Position numbers and translations under genes: made by a program. The notes beneath the pieces are model-generated. The model ran no database searches. It had not been told where the DNA came from and saw only the letters and a program-made list of their open reading frames with translations. Shown here one piece after another: positions 52,284 through 62,943 of a stretch of 64,000 bases of DNA (the stretch's first letter is position 1; the number at the start of each line of letters is the position of its first letter). Location of the stretch: positions 384,001 to 448,000 of the forward strand of contig CAWBEI010000003.1 in assembly GCA_963787835.1 (NCBI GenBank). The letters are read 5' to 3'. Origin of the DNA: Ignavibacteriota bacterium (GTDB taxonomy: Bacteria; Bacteroidota; Ignavibacteria; Palsa-1295).

Positions 52284-55200
52284 TTCTGGTCATCCACAAC
52301 CACTAATTTATTCGCAACGCCTTGAACGGCAACGCCAGCCGCATTCGAGCCGGTGATATAATAAAGATATTCCCCACTGGGAACGGGATTTCCTGCATCG
52401 TCACGGAGATCCCACACTGCACCACCTTCGGAACCGGAAACCGTGATCTCACGAATGGGTTTCATTCGAATGGTGTAAATTCGAATGTCGGCATTAGCCG
52501 TAAGCCGAGCAAACGTTAATTGACCCACACTTTGCTTTGCAGGATTGGGATACACCATCACATTAGAAAGATCTGGCTCGACGAGAGAAATGCCTGCACA
52601 ATTCCCGGCCGTTGCCTCGAGCGGTGTGTTTGTTATGCTGGTGATATTAGTGACGCACAGGACGAATGGGACGCCAAGGGCAACAAGCTGAACGCCTTTA
52701 ACATCGATATATAGTGCATTAGGATTCGATGTGTCTCGTGAGACACCCGTCAAAGTTCCATAGGGCGATAGTGTATAATGTAAAACATCGAGCGCATCCG
52801 CACCGGGTTGTTCGTTAAAGATGACATGGATCTGAAGTCCGTTCGAACCTTGATCGAACGTCCAGCTAATAATATAGAATTGAGGAAGTATGGTATCCGG
52901 CAGCACTTGAAATGCCAAATAATGCGCGGTATCGAACGGTGAATTGTAAATATCACGCAATCCGAATGATGTAACCCGCATTCGATGAACACCAATGGAA
53001 AGCGAATTAGAAATACTCATCACAAGCGCATTATCGGAACTCATCGCGATCGCGTCCGGCTGGATGGTATCATCGACCATGATCGTTCCAGCATAGACAC
53101 GGTTGTTGCGCGGAGTCTGCGATGTTCGCACTCGAATATTCTGAGACAGCGCAGATGCACTCACCAAGTGCGGCATAGGATGAACCACTGCCTCGATGCC
53201 ATACGCAGGCTGGCTATTCGGGATAGAATAAGACGAAGAGAATGCAAACACCGAGTAGATCAAAGTATCGCCATTCGCCACTGTAGAATCGGAGTAGTTG
53301 GTTGATGTGGTGGAATCGATAAGCGTGTAATTCAGATCGTGCAGGCCGGCGCGAAGAATGTAATATTCGGTCGCATTCTGCAGCGGCGCCCATTCTATAT
53401 CTACTCGGTTCGTGTCGCGAGGTGCAACCACGAGTCCGGCAGGCGCAGGAGTTTGCTCCGTATAGGAATCGTTGTGTTCAAAGAAACGAATGGAATCTCC
53501 AGTCATAAAACCGAACTCCCGCTTGCCATTGCGGTCGAAATCCCAGGAGATCGCGCCGCGCGGGCTTTGCGAGACTGGATAGTTCCAGATCGGCATCATT
53601 CGTTTTGCACTCGAATCGAATTCCAGCAAATAGAAATTAGGAAAGAAGGTCACGGCAAGATCGTCCACCGAACGCCCCGTAACATTCGTTATTCTCCCGA
53701 TCGAAGCATCGGCGCTCGTCAGATAAAAATGATCGTTCTGATTGGAACCATAAAAATGGTCGATACTCATAGTATCGAATTTCATATTACCCAAATTGCG
53801 TAGCACAACAAGCGTCCAATAGGCAGGATGATATTCATCGAGCGTATCCTGCTCGAAAATGGGATGATAGGCGTAGGCAATATCGGGCTTGCCATCTCCG
53901 TTGAAATCACCGACCGTAAGAAGTGTCCCGCTGGATGCGCCGGAATTGGGATTGGTATAGACGGCCTTGAACCCGGAGGGAGAGGAAGCATCGCGCTCAT
54001 AAATGATTAGATTTGCTGCATCATCGAGTACGACGAGATCTTGCACGCCGGTTCCAAGAAGATCGGCGCCCTTCACGTTCGCCCATGTGATATTATTATT
54101 CGGGCTATAATAATTCGGTTTTGAAGGATCAATGTCCGTTCCCAAAACAGAATATCGCCCGTTGCTATATTGGTAAGCCATCCACTCGCTATCGATCGCG
54201 CCAACGATGTCCTGCTTACCGGCCACGTCGAGCGAAGCGAACGTACTGCCAAATAGCGTATCATTCTCAAAGACCAAATTTCCAAGGATCGAATGCTGGG
54301 CGTTCTGCTTATAGATCCGCGTTGTTCCGCATAATTGCCCATAATGCCATTTGCAATTGTCTAAACTCTGTACGAGAAGTTCTGGATGACCGTCACCCTG
54401 TGAATTACCAATAGCTTGCGGCGTGGATGGATCGGAGACAGAATCGACAGCCTTGAATGCCATTTTTGCGCTATCGAATTGAAACACGGTCAGCAAGCCA
54501 CTCGAATAAGGATTTTCGATAATCTGATCACCGGCGGGAATAGAGAGAACGGAATCGAGCGCAAATCCCGGCGGAAGTGTGTAGGACTTTTCAATAAAGC
54601 CGCCTTGTGGATATTGTGCAACGGCTTCATTGGGAATCATCCCGACCGTATCGAATTTCGTGGTATCGCCATTCGGCGTAACAAGCATCGCCTCGATCAC
54701 AAGTGGGACGCCAACGTGTGCCTGCTCGCGTTGGATGAGAATTGCATGTTCGAATCCAACGAGATCGTCGGCAATGATGGATGGATTGGCTCCCGCCGTA
54801 GAATATTTCACGTCGAGCTGCGCTGGAATGTTGGTCGTCGCCTGAACGATTAATCCTCGTTCGGTATTCACCCAGATAGAATCAATGCTAAACGAAACGA
54901 ATTTTGGGAGAGCTTTCGTCATATAGATATTGCACCGCTCCTGCGTGCTTCGGTTATCGCTGGAACCCACGGCGAATATAATGGTGTATGTTCCGGTATC
55001 GAAGCCATGCGTATCTAATGATCCAAGCGTACCGTTTAGAACCTGCGCGTTGCTCGTGTCGAATTCTGCGTTAACGATACTATCGTAGGGAATTTCCATC
55101 TGCACATAATTGCCGTATTGATCGTAACCGTATCCGAGGCTATCCTTCCAATAATCTTTCTCCCACGAGAGTGAGTAGCCAGTAAATAGCGTGGAGATTG

Positions 55201-56764
55201 CATCGCCCGTGATGTTCACCGTATCGCCGATATGGAATTCATCCAACGTATGCGGCGTAACCATTTTGATCTGTGCTGTGCCCGGATAGTTAAGCGCAGC
55301 ATTGGCATCGACCTGCCCATTTGCGCTATGTATGCGATCTCCAACATGAGTTGTCGTCGATTCTATGATAGAACGGAGTTGAATTGGCGTGAGGTTTGGA
55401 TTCTTAGAAAGCAGCAACGCTGCAATTCCGGCTGCGATCGGGGAACTTGCGCTGGTGCCGGAAACAGAATCGTATCCGCCCCCAAGCTTCGTAGTATAAA
55501 CATCCTGTCCGGGCGCAACGACATCCAGTTCTTCGCCGTGTGTGGTGTAAATATACAATCCTTGCGGCGCAGTCCCCCCCACAGAAACGACTTCATCGAA
55601 ATCGGAAGGATAGTTCGGACCCGTCGAGCCATCGTTACCACTGGAGCCGAACACGGTCACGCCTTTTGAGATCGCGTAGCGAATGGCATCACGCTGCAGC
55701 AGCGAGGGAATGATATCGCCAAAGGAAAGGCTCAGAATTTGAACATGATTATCGGCTGCATAGATAATGGCCGTTGCAATATCATCATCGGAACCTGTGC
55801 CATTGGCATCGAATGCGCGGAGCGCAACCAGCTTGCATTTCGGGGCAATACCACTAATACCAATACCATTATTTTGCTGTGCGGCGAGAATGCCCGCCAT
55901 TGCAGTTCCGTGACCGTGCAGGTCGTATGGAATTGGGCCGCGTGTTGATACATCCCCGATCCCGATCTCTTCCTGATTGACAAAATTGTAGCCTATGACA
56001 TCGTTCGCGTAACCGTTCCCATCGTGATCCTTGCCATCGATGTCGCCATACACCGTATCACCACGCGCATTCACACCGAGCGAATCCGATGCCCATGCTT
56101 CGAACAGGCCATCGTGATTAATATCCTCTGCAGGATTGACCGCAAATTGAAATTTGAGATCGGGATGAAGCCAATCCACGCCGGTATCGACAAAACCGAT
56201 ATGAATGGTGCTATCGCCTTCTGTAACCTGCCATGTTTCTGGCGCATGAACACTTTGCAGCCACCACTCCAGGTCGAAGTTCGGATCGTTCGGAGATATT
56301 TGACCTTTCAACACTTTCTCCATGCTGGAGTATAAACCCCCTCGCACAGCAGTGCAAGCGGATTTAGGGGTTGGTGGTCCCCGTTGAATATGATAATGGT
56401 AGTTCGGCTCCGCATACTCGATGTTACTCACGCCTGAAAGAGAGCGAACAGCATCAGCAACCGTCATTCCTTCGCGCACCGGAATTTTAATGATGCGATC
56501 CAGCCCAACGGTATCGTTGCTGACGGCTTGAACAGAAAACTGTGGCGTTGGCCGTGTAAACACGGGACGCATAACCTCGATGGTGGAGCTGACAGCCTGA
56601 AGTTTTGCGAGCGTTGCCGCATCGCTCATCGCTGCACGTGTGCGAAATTTTACAATGATGCTGCGAACAGTGGAATCGACGGCAGATCGGGCAATCGGCT
56701 TTACAGAAGGTTGGGCAAAGCCCGTGCCAGCAAATAGTAAGAAGAAAAGCACCCGCTTGAACAT
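52280..56764 (-). CDS. secreted S8 subtilase with FG-GAP, FN3/Ig domains and T9SS CTD
   Basis: Catalytic triad VDTG / HGHGT / GTSASSP; GDFNGDGKPD; VYPNPA...WDLRDDAGNPVPSGEY; ATG 56764. Confidence 0.88.
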   Translation of the reverse strand: MFKRVLFFLLFAGTGFAQPSVKPIARSAVDSTVRSIIVKFRTRAAMSDAATLAKLQAVSSTIEVMRPVFTRPTPQFSVQAVSNDTVGLDRIIKIPVREGMTVADAVRSLSGVSNIEYAEPNYHYHIQRGPPTPKSACTAVRGGLYSSMEKVLKGQISPNDPNFDLEWWLQSVHAPETWQVTEGDSTIHIGFVDTGVDWLHPDLKFQFAVNPAEDINHDGLFEAWASDSLGVNARGDTVYGDIDGKDHDGNGYANDVIGYNFVNQEEIGIGDVSTRGPIPYDLHGHGTAMAGILAAQQNNGIGISGIAPKCKLVALRAFDANGTGSDDDIATAIIYAADNHVQILSLSFGDIIPSLLQRDAIRYAISKGVTVFGSSGNDGSTGPNYPSDFDEVVSVGGTAPQGLYIYTTHGEELDVVAPGQDVYTTKLGGGYDSVSGTSASSPIAAGIAALLLSKNPNLTPIQLRSIIESTTTHVGDRIHSANGQVDANAALNYPGTAQIKMVTPHTLDEFHIGDTVNITGDAISTLFTGYSLSWEKDYWKDSLGYGYDQYGNYVQMEIPYDSIVNAEFDTSNAQVLNGTLGSLDTHGFDTGTYTIIFAVGSSDNRSTQERCNIYMTKALPKFVSFSIDSIWVNTERGLIVQATTNIPAQLDVKYSTAGANPSIIADDLVGFEHAILIQREQAHVGVPLVIEAMLVTPNGDTTKFDTVGMIPNEAVAQYPQGGFIEKSYTLPPGFALDSVLSIPAGDQIIENPYSSGLLTVFQFDSAKMAFKAVDSVSDPSTPQAIGNSQGDGHPELLVQSLDNCKWHYGQLCGTTRIYKQNAQHSILGNLVFENDTLFGSTFASLDVAGKQDIVGAIDSEWMAYQYSNGRYSVLGTDIDPSKPNYYSPNNNITWANVKGADLLGTGVQDLVVLDDAANLIIYERDASSPSGFKAVYTNPNSGASSGTLLTVGDFNGDGKPDIAYAYHPIFEQDTLDEYHPAYWTLVVLRNLGNMKFDTMSIDHFYGSNQNDHFYLTSADASIGRITNVTGRSVDDLAVTFFPNFYLLEFDSSAKRMMPIWNYPVSQSPRGAISWDFDRNGKREFGFMTGDSIRFFEHNDSYTEQTPAPAGLVVAPRDTNRVDIEWAPLQNATEYYILRAGLHDLNYTLIDSTTSTNYSDSTVANGDTLIYSVFAFSSSYSIPNSQPAYGIEAVVHPMPHLVSASALSQNIRVRTSQTPRNNRVYAGTIMVDDTIQPDAIAMSSDNALVMSISNSLSIGVHRMRVTSFGLRDIYNSPFDTAHYLAFQVLPDTILPQFYIISWTFDQGSNGLQIHVIFNEQPGADALDVLHYTLSPYGTLTGVSRDTSNPNALYIDVKGVQLVALGVPFVLCVTNITSITNTPLEATAGNCAGISLVEPDLSNVMVYPNPAKQSVGQLTFARLTANADIRIYTIRMKPIREITVSGSEGGAVWDLRDDAGNPVPSGEYLYYITGSNAAGVAVQGVANKLVVVDDQK

Positions 56765-56827
56765 CGTAGCTTTAACGGATGCTTTGCGCGTGGGGTTCAA
56801 GCGGATAGGGTAATTCTGAGTGACCTT

Positions 56828-56861
56828 GTGTAGCATCGGGAATATATTCCCGATGCTACAC
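56828..56861. repeat. perfect 34-bp palindrome (REP-like, GTAG foot)
   Basis: gtgtagcatcgggaata|tattcccgatgctacac with no U-tract. Confidence 0.75.
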
Positions 56862-56874
56862 TGCGCGGGCTATT

Positions 56875-58470
56875 TCAATCGTCGTTCTCTTGCGTCTCAT
56901 CATCGAAGGGAACGGGGTAATCACCGGTGAAACAGGCCGTGCAATAACCGATCTCTTTTCCGGCTTTGTCTTTATGCGGGACGCTTTCAAGCAATTTCTT
57001 TACTGTGAGATATTTCAGTGAATCGACTCCTAAGTATTTACCAATTTCTTCTTCATTCTCATGATGATTTGCGATCAGTTCTCCCTTACTGGGGAAATCC
57101 ATACCATATTTGCAGGGATGAGTGATCGGAGGCGCAGTAATTCGTAAATGTATTTCACGCGGGCCGGCCTCACGAATAAGATTGATGAGCGCTTTTGAAG
57201 TAGTGCCACGAACAATGGAATCATCGACCACGACGACCTTTTTATCTTTCAGCACCCCTTTTACCGTATTGAATTTCACTTTCACTTTCATCTCTCGCCG
57301 GTCTTGACCCGGCTGAATGAAGGTGCGGCCCACATAGTGCGAGCGAATAAGGCCGATCTGATATTTCGTCTGGTTCCCAAGCTTTTGGTTCTGGCTGGCG
57401 TAGCCAAGAGTCGCAGTGTTCGAGGAATCCGGCACATTAATAACCGTCACTCTGCGGCCAGGGTCGTGCTCGACCGGTGATTCGATCGCAAGCGTTTTTC
57501 CAAGCTTGCGGCGAACCCTATCAACATTCTCTTCAAAGACTTTCGAGTCGGGCCTTGCGAAGTAAATATATTCGAAAATGCAATGAGTCGGTGTAGGCGC
57601 GTGCTCGAGTATGCGAGTCGACTGCACTTCGCCGGTCTTTACGGTATGCTCATCGATGATAAGTATTTCGTTCGGTTGGACATCCCGGATATATTCGGCG
57701 CCAACAATATCGAAAGCGCACGTTTCGGAGGCAACCATATAGGCCCATGCGCCATCCGGCCGTTTGAGGCGGCCAAATGCCAGGGGCCGAATACCATGAG
57801 GATCTCGCACGGCAACCAGCGAAGTATCCGTCAGCATGGCGAGCGAATAGGCTCCGCGTGCTTGCTGAAGCGCATCACGGATCTGATCAACCTGCGTTTC
57901 CTTGTGGGAGCGCGCGATTAAGTGCAGGATCAGTTCACTATCGGTCGAGGTTTGGAAGATCGTTCCTTGCGAGGCGAGTTCATCGCGCAAGGCATGGGTA
58001 TTTGTTAGATTCCCATTGTGCGAGAGCCCGAAATTCCCCATGCGATAATGCATGATGAAGGGCTGTATGTTTTCGATCTTCCCGCTGGCACCGGTGGTGG
58101 AATAACGATTGTGAGCCAAGGCGGAATCACCAATAAGAACTTCTGACAAGATCTTGTCATCCTTGAAGACATCGAGGACAAGCCCATTATCCTTATGGAT
58201 GCGAAATTTTCGTTTCGGCCCCCTGGGCGTTTCCTCTGTGAATGCAGAAAGAATCCCTCCCGCTTCCTGGCCTCGATGCTGCAACGCATGGAGCGCGTAA
58301 TATGCAATGACGCTCGCTTCCGGATGATTATAGACCCCGACCACGCCACAATTACTTTCCGGCTTATCGATGAACCGGTTCGCATTCCCGTGACCGGAAA
58401 TGCTTAAGATAGGTAACTCAATATCCTCAGGAGCGCTGAGAGGGATGGTGGGCGAAGTGTAGTTCTGCAT
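56875..58470 (-). CDS. purF: amidophosphoribosyltransferase (propeptide and Fe-S type)
   Basis: N-CGVVG, LQHRGQE, CIFEYIYFARPDS, VDDSIVRGTT, CTAC. Confidence 0.95.
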   Translation of the reverse strand: MQNYTSPTIPLSAPEDIELPILSISGHGNANRFIDKPESNCGVVGVYNHPEASVIAYYALHALQHRGQEAGGILSAFTEETPRGPKRKFRIHKDNGLVLDVFKDDKILSEVLIGDSALAHNRYSTTGASGKIENIQPFIMHYRMGNFGLSHNGNLTNTHALRDELASQGTIFQTSTDSELILHLIARSHKETQVDQIRDALQQARGAYSLAMLTDTSLVAVRDPHGIRPLAFGRLKRPDGAWAYMVASETCAFDIVGAEYIRDVQPNEILIIDEHTVKTGEVQSTRILEHAPTPTHCIFEYIYFARPDSKVFEENVDRVRRKLGKTLAIESPVEHDPGRRVTVINVPDSSNTATLGYASQNQKLGNQTKYQIGLIRSHYVGRTFIQPGQDRREMKVKVKFNTVKGVLKDKKVVVVDDSIVRGTTSKALINLIREAGPREIHLRITAPPITHPCKYGMDFPSKGELIANHHENEEEIGKYLGVDSLKYLTVKKLLESVPHKDKAGKEIGYCTACFTGDYPVPFDDETQENDD

Positions 58471-58544
58471 TTGCGTGAGGCAGAACAGCATTCTTTCAAT
58501 GAGAATTTCCTTCGTGAATGAAAGATCGAAATTGGACCGGCCTG

Positions 58545-59435
58545 CTATTCTTTTCTGACGCGGTCGATCAGGTATTGATCGAACCCCGCTTCCTTCATTT
58601 TTTCATCCGAGGCTGCGGCGTGATGAATGAGATGCAGCAGTTCGGTCGTCATTCCCATGCTGCTGTATCCGCCATCGTGAAACAGGTTCTGCATGGTAAC
58701 TTTTCTTGTGAGATCGCTGAGCAGGGTCACGACGTAATCCGCGCATTCCTCTGCCGTTGGGTTGCCGAGCGGTGAAAGAAGATTGGCAAATTCGTAGATC
58801 TTATCGAAATCAACGATGCCGGAGCCGGCGCGAGTGGGCGTTGGGCTTTGGCTGACGGTATTCACACGTATCTTTTTCTTACCAAGCCGCGCGCCAAAAC
58901 TGCGAGTGATGGATTCCAGCAGGGCTTTCGCATCGGCCATATCGGCATACGTCGTAAAGGTGCGTTGCGCCGCGATGTAGCTGAGCGACAGAATACTCGC
59001 CCCATCGGCAAGCGCATCCATCGCGAGAGCGCCATGAATGAGCCTGTGAAGCGATAGCCCACTGACATCCAGTGTTTTCAGGAACCAATCGTAGTTGGCT
59101 TTTTCATATTTCAATCCCTTGCGAATGTTTTGCGATATTCCGACGGAATGAACAAAAAAATCGAGCGAGCCGAGCTTCTCTTTCGCTTCCGCAAAACAGG
59201 CTTCGACTTCCTTGCTATTCGAGACATCGCATTGGATGAGCGGTGCGTCACCGAGAATCTTCGCAAGCTCCGCCGGTTTACCGACGCGCAGAGCAACCGC
59301 TACATTACTAACAGCAAGCCTTGCTCCCTCCCGATGAGCCGCAAGTGCAATTTGCCATCCGAGGCTCGTTTCGTCTAATGGACCGAAAACGATTCCCTTT
59401 TTACCCTTCAGTAATCCGTAAGATCTTTCTGCCAT
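58545..59435 (-). CDS. fabI: enoyl-ACP reductase
   Basis: LLKGKKGIVFG, LSYIAAQR..Y.DMADAKALLES, TMQNLFHDGG. Confidence 0.9.
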   Translation of the reverse strand: MAERSYGLLKGKKGIVFGPLDETSLGWQIALAAHREGARLAVSNVAVALRVGKPAELAKILGDAPLIQCDVSNSKEVEACFAEAKEKLGSLDFFVHSVGISQNIRKGLKYEKANYDWFLKTLDVSGLSLHRLIHGALAMDALADGASILSLSYIAAQRTFTTYADMADAKALLESITRSFGARLGKKKIRVNTVSQSPTPTRAGSGIVDFDKIYEFANLLSPLGNPTAEECADYVVTLLSDLTRKVTMQNLFHDGGYSSMGMTTELLHLIHHAAASDEKMKEAGFDQYLIDRVRKE

Positions 59436-59465
59436 GTTGCTTTAAACAGATATTCGATTGGAGAG

Positions 59466-60728
59466 TTACAATACGAACGGCGTTTGCAACCCAAATTCGT
59501 GAAAAACCAGCCCAGTGAGCAGTTTCGGATAAAAAAAGGTGGTCTTTTGCGGCATGAACTCACCCCGCTCCACGACGGCCTGGAGTTCGCTGGGGCGAAC
59601 TTCCCTTAGCAAGAACGCAGCATCCCAGGCTTGCTCCTCTTCAAACTCATCGAGTTCGCGGAGGGTATGAGGATAGAGCAGGTTGACGCGCTCGTCGATC
59701 GCTTTCCTTGAAATGCCCAGCATGGGCATAAATACTTCCTCTTCCAACCGCTCTGCTGCCGGTTTGACAAAATCTCGTTCTCGTAAACGAATATCTCGAA
59801 CTAACACCCACTTAGGATCCTCCGCAAATTCGATGAGTGTCAATGCGGCATTATCTCGTTCTAATTCCACCACACCCTCTTCGCGACTTGTGAAGGTCAG
59901 TAGTTCGAACCGCTCTCGCAAGCGATCTAATAAACGATATTGATTGAATTCCGAGACATCGTGAAGCAGCCGGTGTGTTGGTAAAATAACGGTTCCCTCC
60001 GACTGTAAATTGGAAAGGAACATCATAATATGATCGCCACCGGCCACATCAGGATGCTTCTTATGAAATTCGACCGCCGTTTCATAGCGATGGTGGCCAT
60101 CCGCAATGATAACCGTAAGCGGCCTCACTACTTTAGCGATCCTCATCATACCATCCTCCTCTTGCAATCGCCACAGCAAATGTCGTACGCTCTCGCCACT
60201 TGGAAGTGCCTCTTCGACATCCGCGATGGGTGAATGCACCGTTGCCATATCCAGCGATTGGTCGAACAGAAAACTGGGATCGGATATTAGCCCGAAGATC
60301 GGTGAGAAATTCGCATGGGTGTGCTCCATCAGTTCCAGCCTGTCCTTCTTGGGCCAGTCATGAGTGCGTTCGTGAGGAATTACCTCTTTTGCGGCGTATG
60401 CACTGAGCTTCAACCGTCCTATCACTCCGGATCGAGTCACCTGGCCGCCATCAGGTTTCTTGAATACCTGATGATATACATAAAAGGCATCCCAATCGTC
60501 CGTCTTTAAGATTCCCTCCTGCTTCCAGTGTTTGAAATATCGCGCGGCGCTCTCGTATGGATCGGAGTCACGGCTCCATTCAAGTCGAATGACATTGTGT
60601 GGATCACGCGCATACAAACGGTCGCGGTAATCTCGAGAAATGACATCGTATGGCGGGGAAGTTACATTTTCGATCTGCACCTTTGAGGTGTTATATCGAG
60701 TGCCTTTAAACGGGAGGAATTCCGGCAT
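59466..60728 (-). CDS. DUF1015 family protein
   Basis: PPYDVIS, PHERT, IADGHHRYETA, MPQKTTFFYPKL. Confidence 0.9.
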   Translation of the reverse strand: MPEFLPFKGTRYNTSKVQIENVTSPPYDVISRDYRDRLYARDPHNVIRLEWSRDSDPYESAARYFKHWKQEGILKTDDWDAFYVYHQVFKKPDGGQVTRSGVIGRLKLSAYAAKEVIPHERTHDWPKKDRLELMEHTHANFSPIFGLISDPSFLFDQSLDMATVHSPIADVEEALPSGESVRHLLWRLQEEDGMMRIAKVVRPLTVIIADGHHRYETAVEFHKKHPDVAGGDHIMMFLSNLQSEGTVILPTHRLLHDVSEFNQYRLLDRLRERFELLTFTSREEGVVELERDNAALTLIEFAEDPKWVLVRDIRLRERDFVKPAAERLEEEVFMPMLGISRKAIDERVNLLYPHTLRELDEFEEEQAWDAAFLLREVRPSELQAVVERGEFMPQKTTFFYPKLLTGLVFHEFGLQTPFVL

Positions 60729-60778
60729 GGACTGAGATTCGTATGATTTTTAGGGAGATCTTTAAGATGGGTTGATTT

Positions 60779-61702
60779 TCAAACGTGGTAGCCAAGTTCC
60801 GAAAGCGCTCGCTTATTCTGGCGCCAATCGGATTTGGTTTTTACGTGAAGTTCGAGATAAACAGGATGTCCGAGAAACCGTTCGATCTCCTCCCGGGCAC
60901 GCTCACCCAGCGATTTCAACGCCGAACCATCGCGCCCTATAAGAATAGATTTTTGCGTGTCGCGCTCGACGATCACTTCGGCGCTTACGAACCACTTCCC
61001 GGCCGCTCGCTCTTTGAATTCGGAGATCGCTACTTCGGTAGAATACGGAATTTCTTCCTTAAACTTTTGAAAGATTGCCTCGCGTATAAGCTCACCCACA
61101 AAGAACCGGTCGTTCTGGTCGCTTAATTGCTCTGGATCATAGAACGGCTCAGTGCTGGGAAGGTAGTTACGGAGCGTTGCGATCAACTCCTTTATGTTAT
61201 AGTTTTTTGCCGCCGAGATCGGAACAAGCTCTTTGAATTCCGGCTGTTCCCCATAGCGTTGTAAAATGGGAAGCAGATCGTTCCTGTTTTTCAATAGATC
61301 GCTTTTAGAGATAGCAAGCACGATGGGCTTCTCCCCCGCGATCTTTTTATAATCGTTCCAAAGCCCCGGTAATGCACGTTCGAACGGCTGGTGGGCCTCG
61401 GCAAGCACAAGAATGACGTCCGCGTCTGCGAACGACCGCTGCACTTCCGCGAGCATCGCCTTATGGAGCAAAGTGGTCGGACGCGGCATGATGCCGGGTG
61501 TATCGAGGAAAACGATCTGCTCCTGCGGAGTAGAATAGATCCCAAGCACGCGTTTGCGCGTTGTTTGCGGCTTGCGTGTCACGATCGAAAGCTTCGTGCC
61601 AAGCATCGCATTCATCAGCGTGGACTTACCGGCATTCGGCACTCCCACGATCGCACAATATCCGGACTTGAACCCGGTTTCTCCCGATTGGTCAGTTGTC
61701 AT
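60779..61702 (-). CDS. era: GTPase Era
   Basis: G.PNAGKSTL, KPQTTR, DTPG, EEIPY, KH domain. Confidence 0.95.
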   Translation of the reverse strand: MTTDQSGETGFKSGYCAIVGVPNAGKSTLMNAMLGTKLSIVTRKPQTTRKRVLGIYSTPQEQIVFLDTPGIMPRPTTLLHKAMLAEVQRSFADADVILVLAEAHQPFERALPGLWNDYKKIAGEKPIVLAISKSDLLKNRNDLLPILQRYGEQPEFKELVPISAAKNYNIKELIATLRNYLPSTEPFYDPEQLSDQNDRFFVGELIREAIFQKFKEEIPYSTEVAISEFKERAAGKWFVSAEVIVERDTQKSILIGRDGSALKSLGERAREEIERFLGHPVYLELHVKTKSDWRQNKRALSELGYHV

Positions 61703-62939
61703 TTTTCATTAAAGTAACCGTGCGTTGCTGCATGTTTGCCATTGCTTGTTCGGGAGTCTCGGTCTTATAAAGTGCCTTGGAAACTTCATCTTCGATGATC
61801 GCTTCTACATCGAGCCACTGCGGAATAACGGGCGTCATTCGCGCATGGGCGAGCTGTTCGGTGAATACCGCACCCTCGCGCCGATGAAGGTAAAATGTAT
61901 CTGACTGAGTCCTGACATCGGCAGGATATTCGTTCACATTCCGGGCAAATGCAAGCTCGTTAGTGGGTCGTGTAATATACTCCAGAAACAACTCCGCCTC
62001 ATGCTTCATTACGCTCTTTGCGTTAATAGCCAGATATTCACCACCAGCAAACGATTCACCGGAATGCCCGTTGTTCCCCGGAAACACAGCCGTATGCCAT
62101 TGGAACGTTGCCTTTGAAAGCCTCGGGATCAGCCACGATCCGCTGAACCACATTCCCAGCTTCCCGCGCACAAAGTCATCGTCAAGATCCTTCTGCGTTT
62201 CCATGACACCACACTCCAATTGACCGATATAGAAACGCAGTGCTTCAACGTTTTGAGGTGTGTTCATCATGGGTTGGCCCAAACTATCGAAAAGATCGCC
62301 GCCATTCGACCAAACATACGGGAGGAATTTTTTGTAAAGCCGGTGCTGATCTGATCCATTTACGCCAATGCCCTGCATGCCAATTTTTTCAGCAATAGAT
62401 TTCATTGTTTGCCAGTTCCATGCATTCGTTCCATTGGACGGAGTGGACATAGTGGCGGAGGTTGTAATAAGATCATCATTAATAAAAATAACGCGTGTAT
62501 CGAGCAGCCAGGGCACTGCAAAATAATGACCACCCCACATTCCTGAACTGAGAGCATATTTTGGCGAGGCTGCGAACCGCGACATGATAGCAGAGTCAGC
62601 ATCAAGCGGCAGGAGCACGCCACTGGAGGAAAACTGCGCAACCCAATCGCTGCCAAGTTCAAGGACATCCGGTGCCGTCTCGGAATTAAATCCGGCCATA
62701 AGTTTGGTTTTGCCGTCCGCCCAGCTAAGCTCTGTCACTTCTACGGGGATATCCGGATGCTCGCGATGAAATCCGGCAAGCAGAGAATCCATAGCAATTC
62801 GCTGTGCCGGTTCCGACCAGAAATGCGAGAATCGAAGCACACCGGGTGTGATACCACGATCGCATCCCATAATGCTTATTACTATGACGCAAAAGAAGAA
62901 ACCGCAGAACGAAACGCGCTTCAGGAAGCTCAGTGTCAT
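61692..62939 (-). CDS. ABC sugar-binding lipoprotein
   Basis: IMGC lipobox; APDVLELGSDWV, AVPWLLDTR, F..GKLGMWFSGSW. Confidence 0.85.
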   Translation of the reverse strand: MTLSFLKRVSFCGFFFCVIVISIMGCDRGITPGVLRFSHFWSEPAQRIAMDSLLAGFHREHPDIPVEVTELSWADGKTKLMAGFNSETAPDVLELGSDWVAQFSSSGVLLPLDADSAIMSRFAASPKYALSSGMWGGHYFAVPWLLDTRVIFINDDLITTSATMSTPSNGTNAWNWQTMKSIAEKIGMQGIGVNGSDQHRLYKKFLPYVWSNGGDLFDSLGQPMMNTPQNVEALRFYIGQLECGVMETQKDLDDDFVRGKLGMWFSGSWLIPRLSKATFQWHTAVFPGNNGHSGESFAGGEYLAINAKSVMKHEAELFLEYITRPTNELAFARNVNEYPADVRTQSDTFYLHRREGAVFTEQLAHARMTPVIPQWLDVEAIIEDEVSKALYKTETPEQAMANMQQRTVTLMKNDN

Positions 62940-62943
62940 CGAT

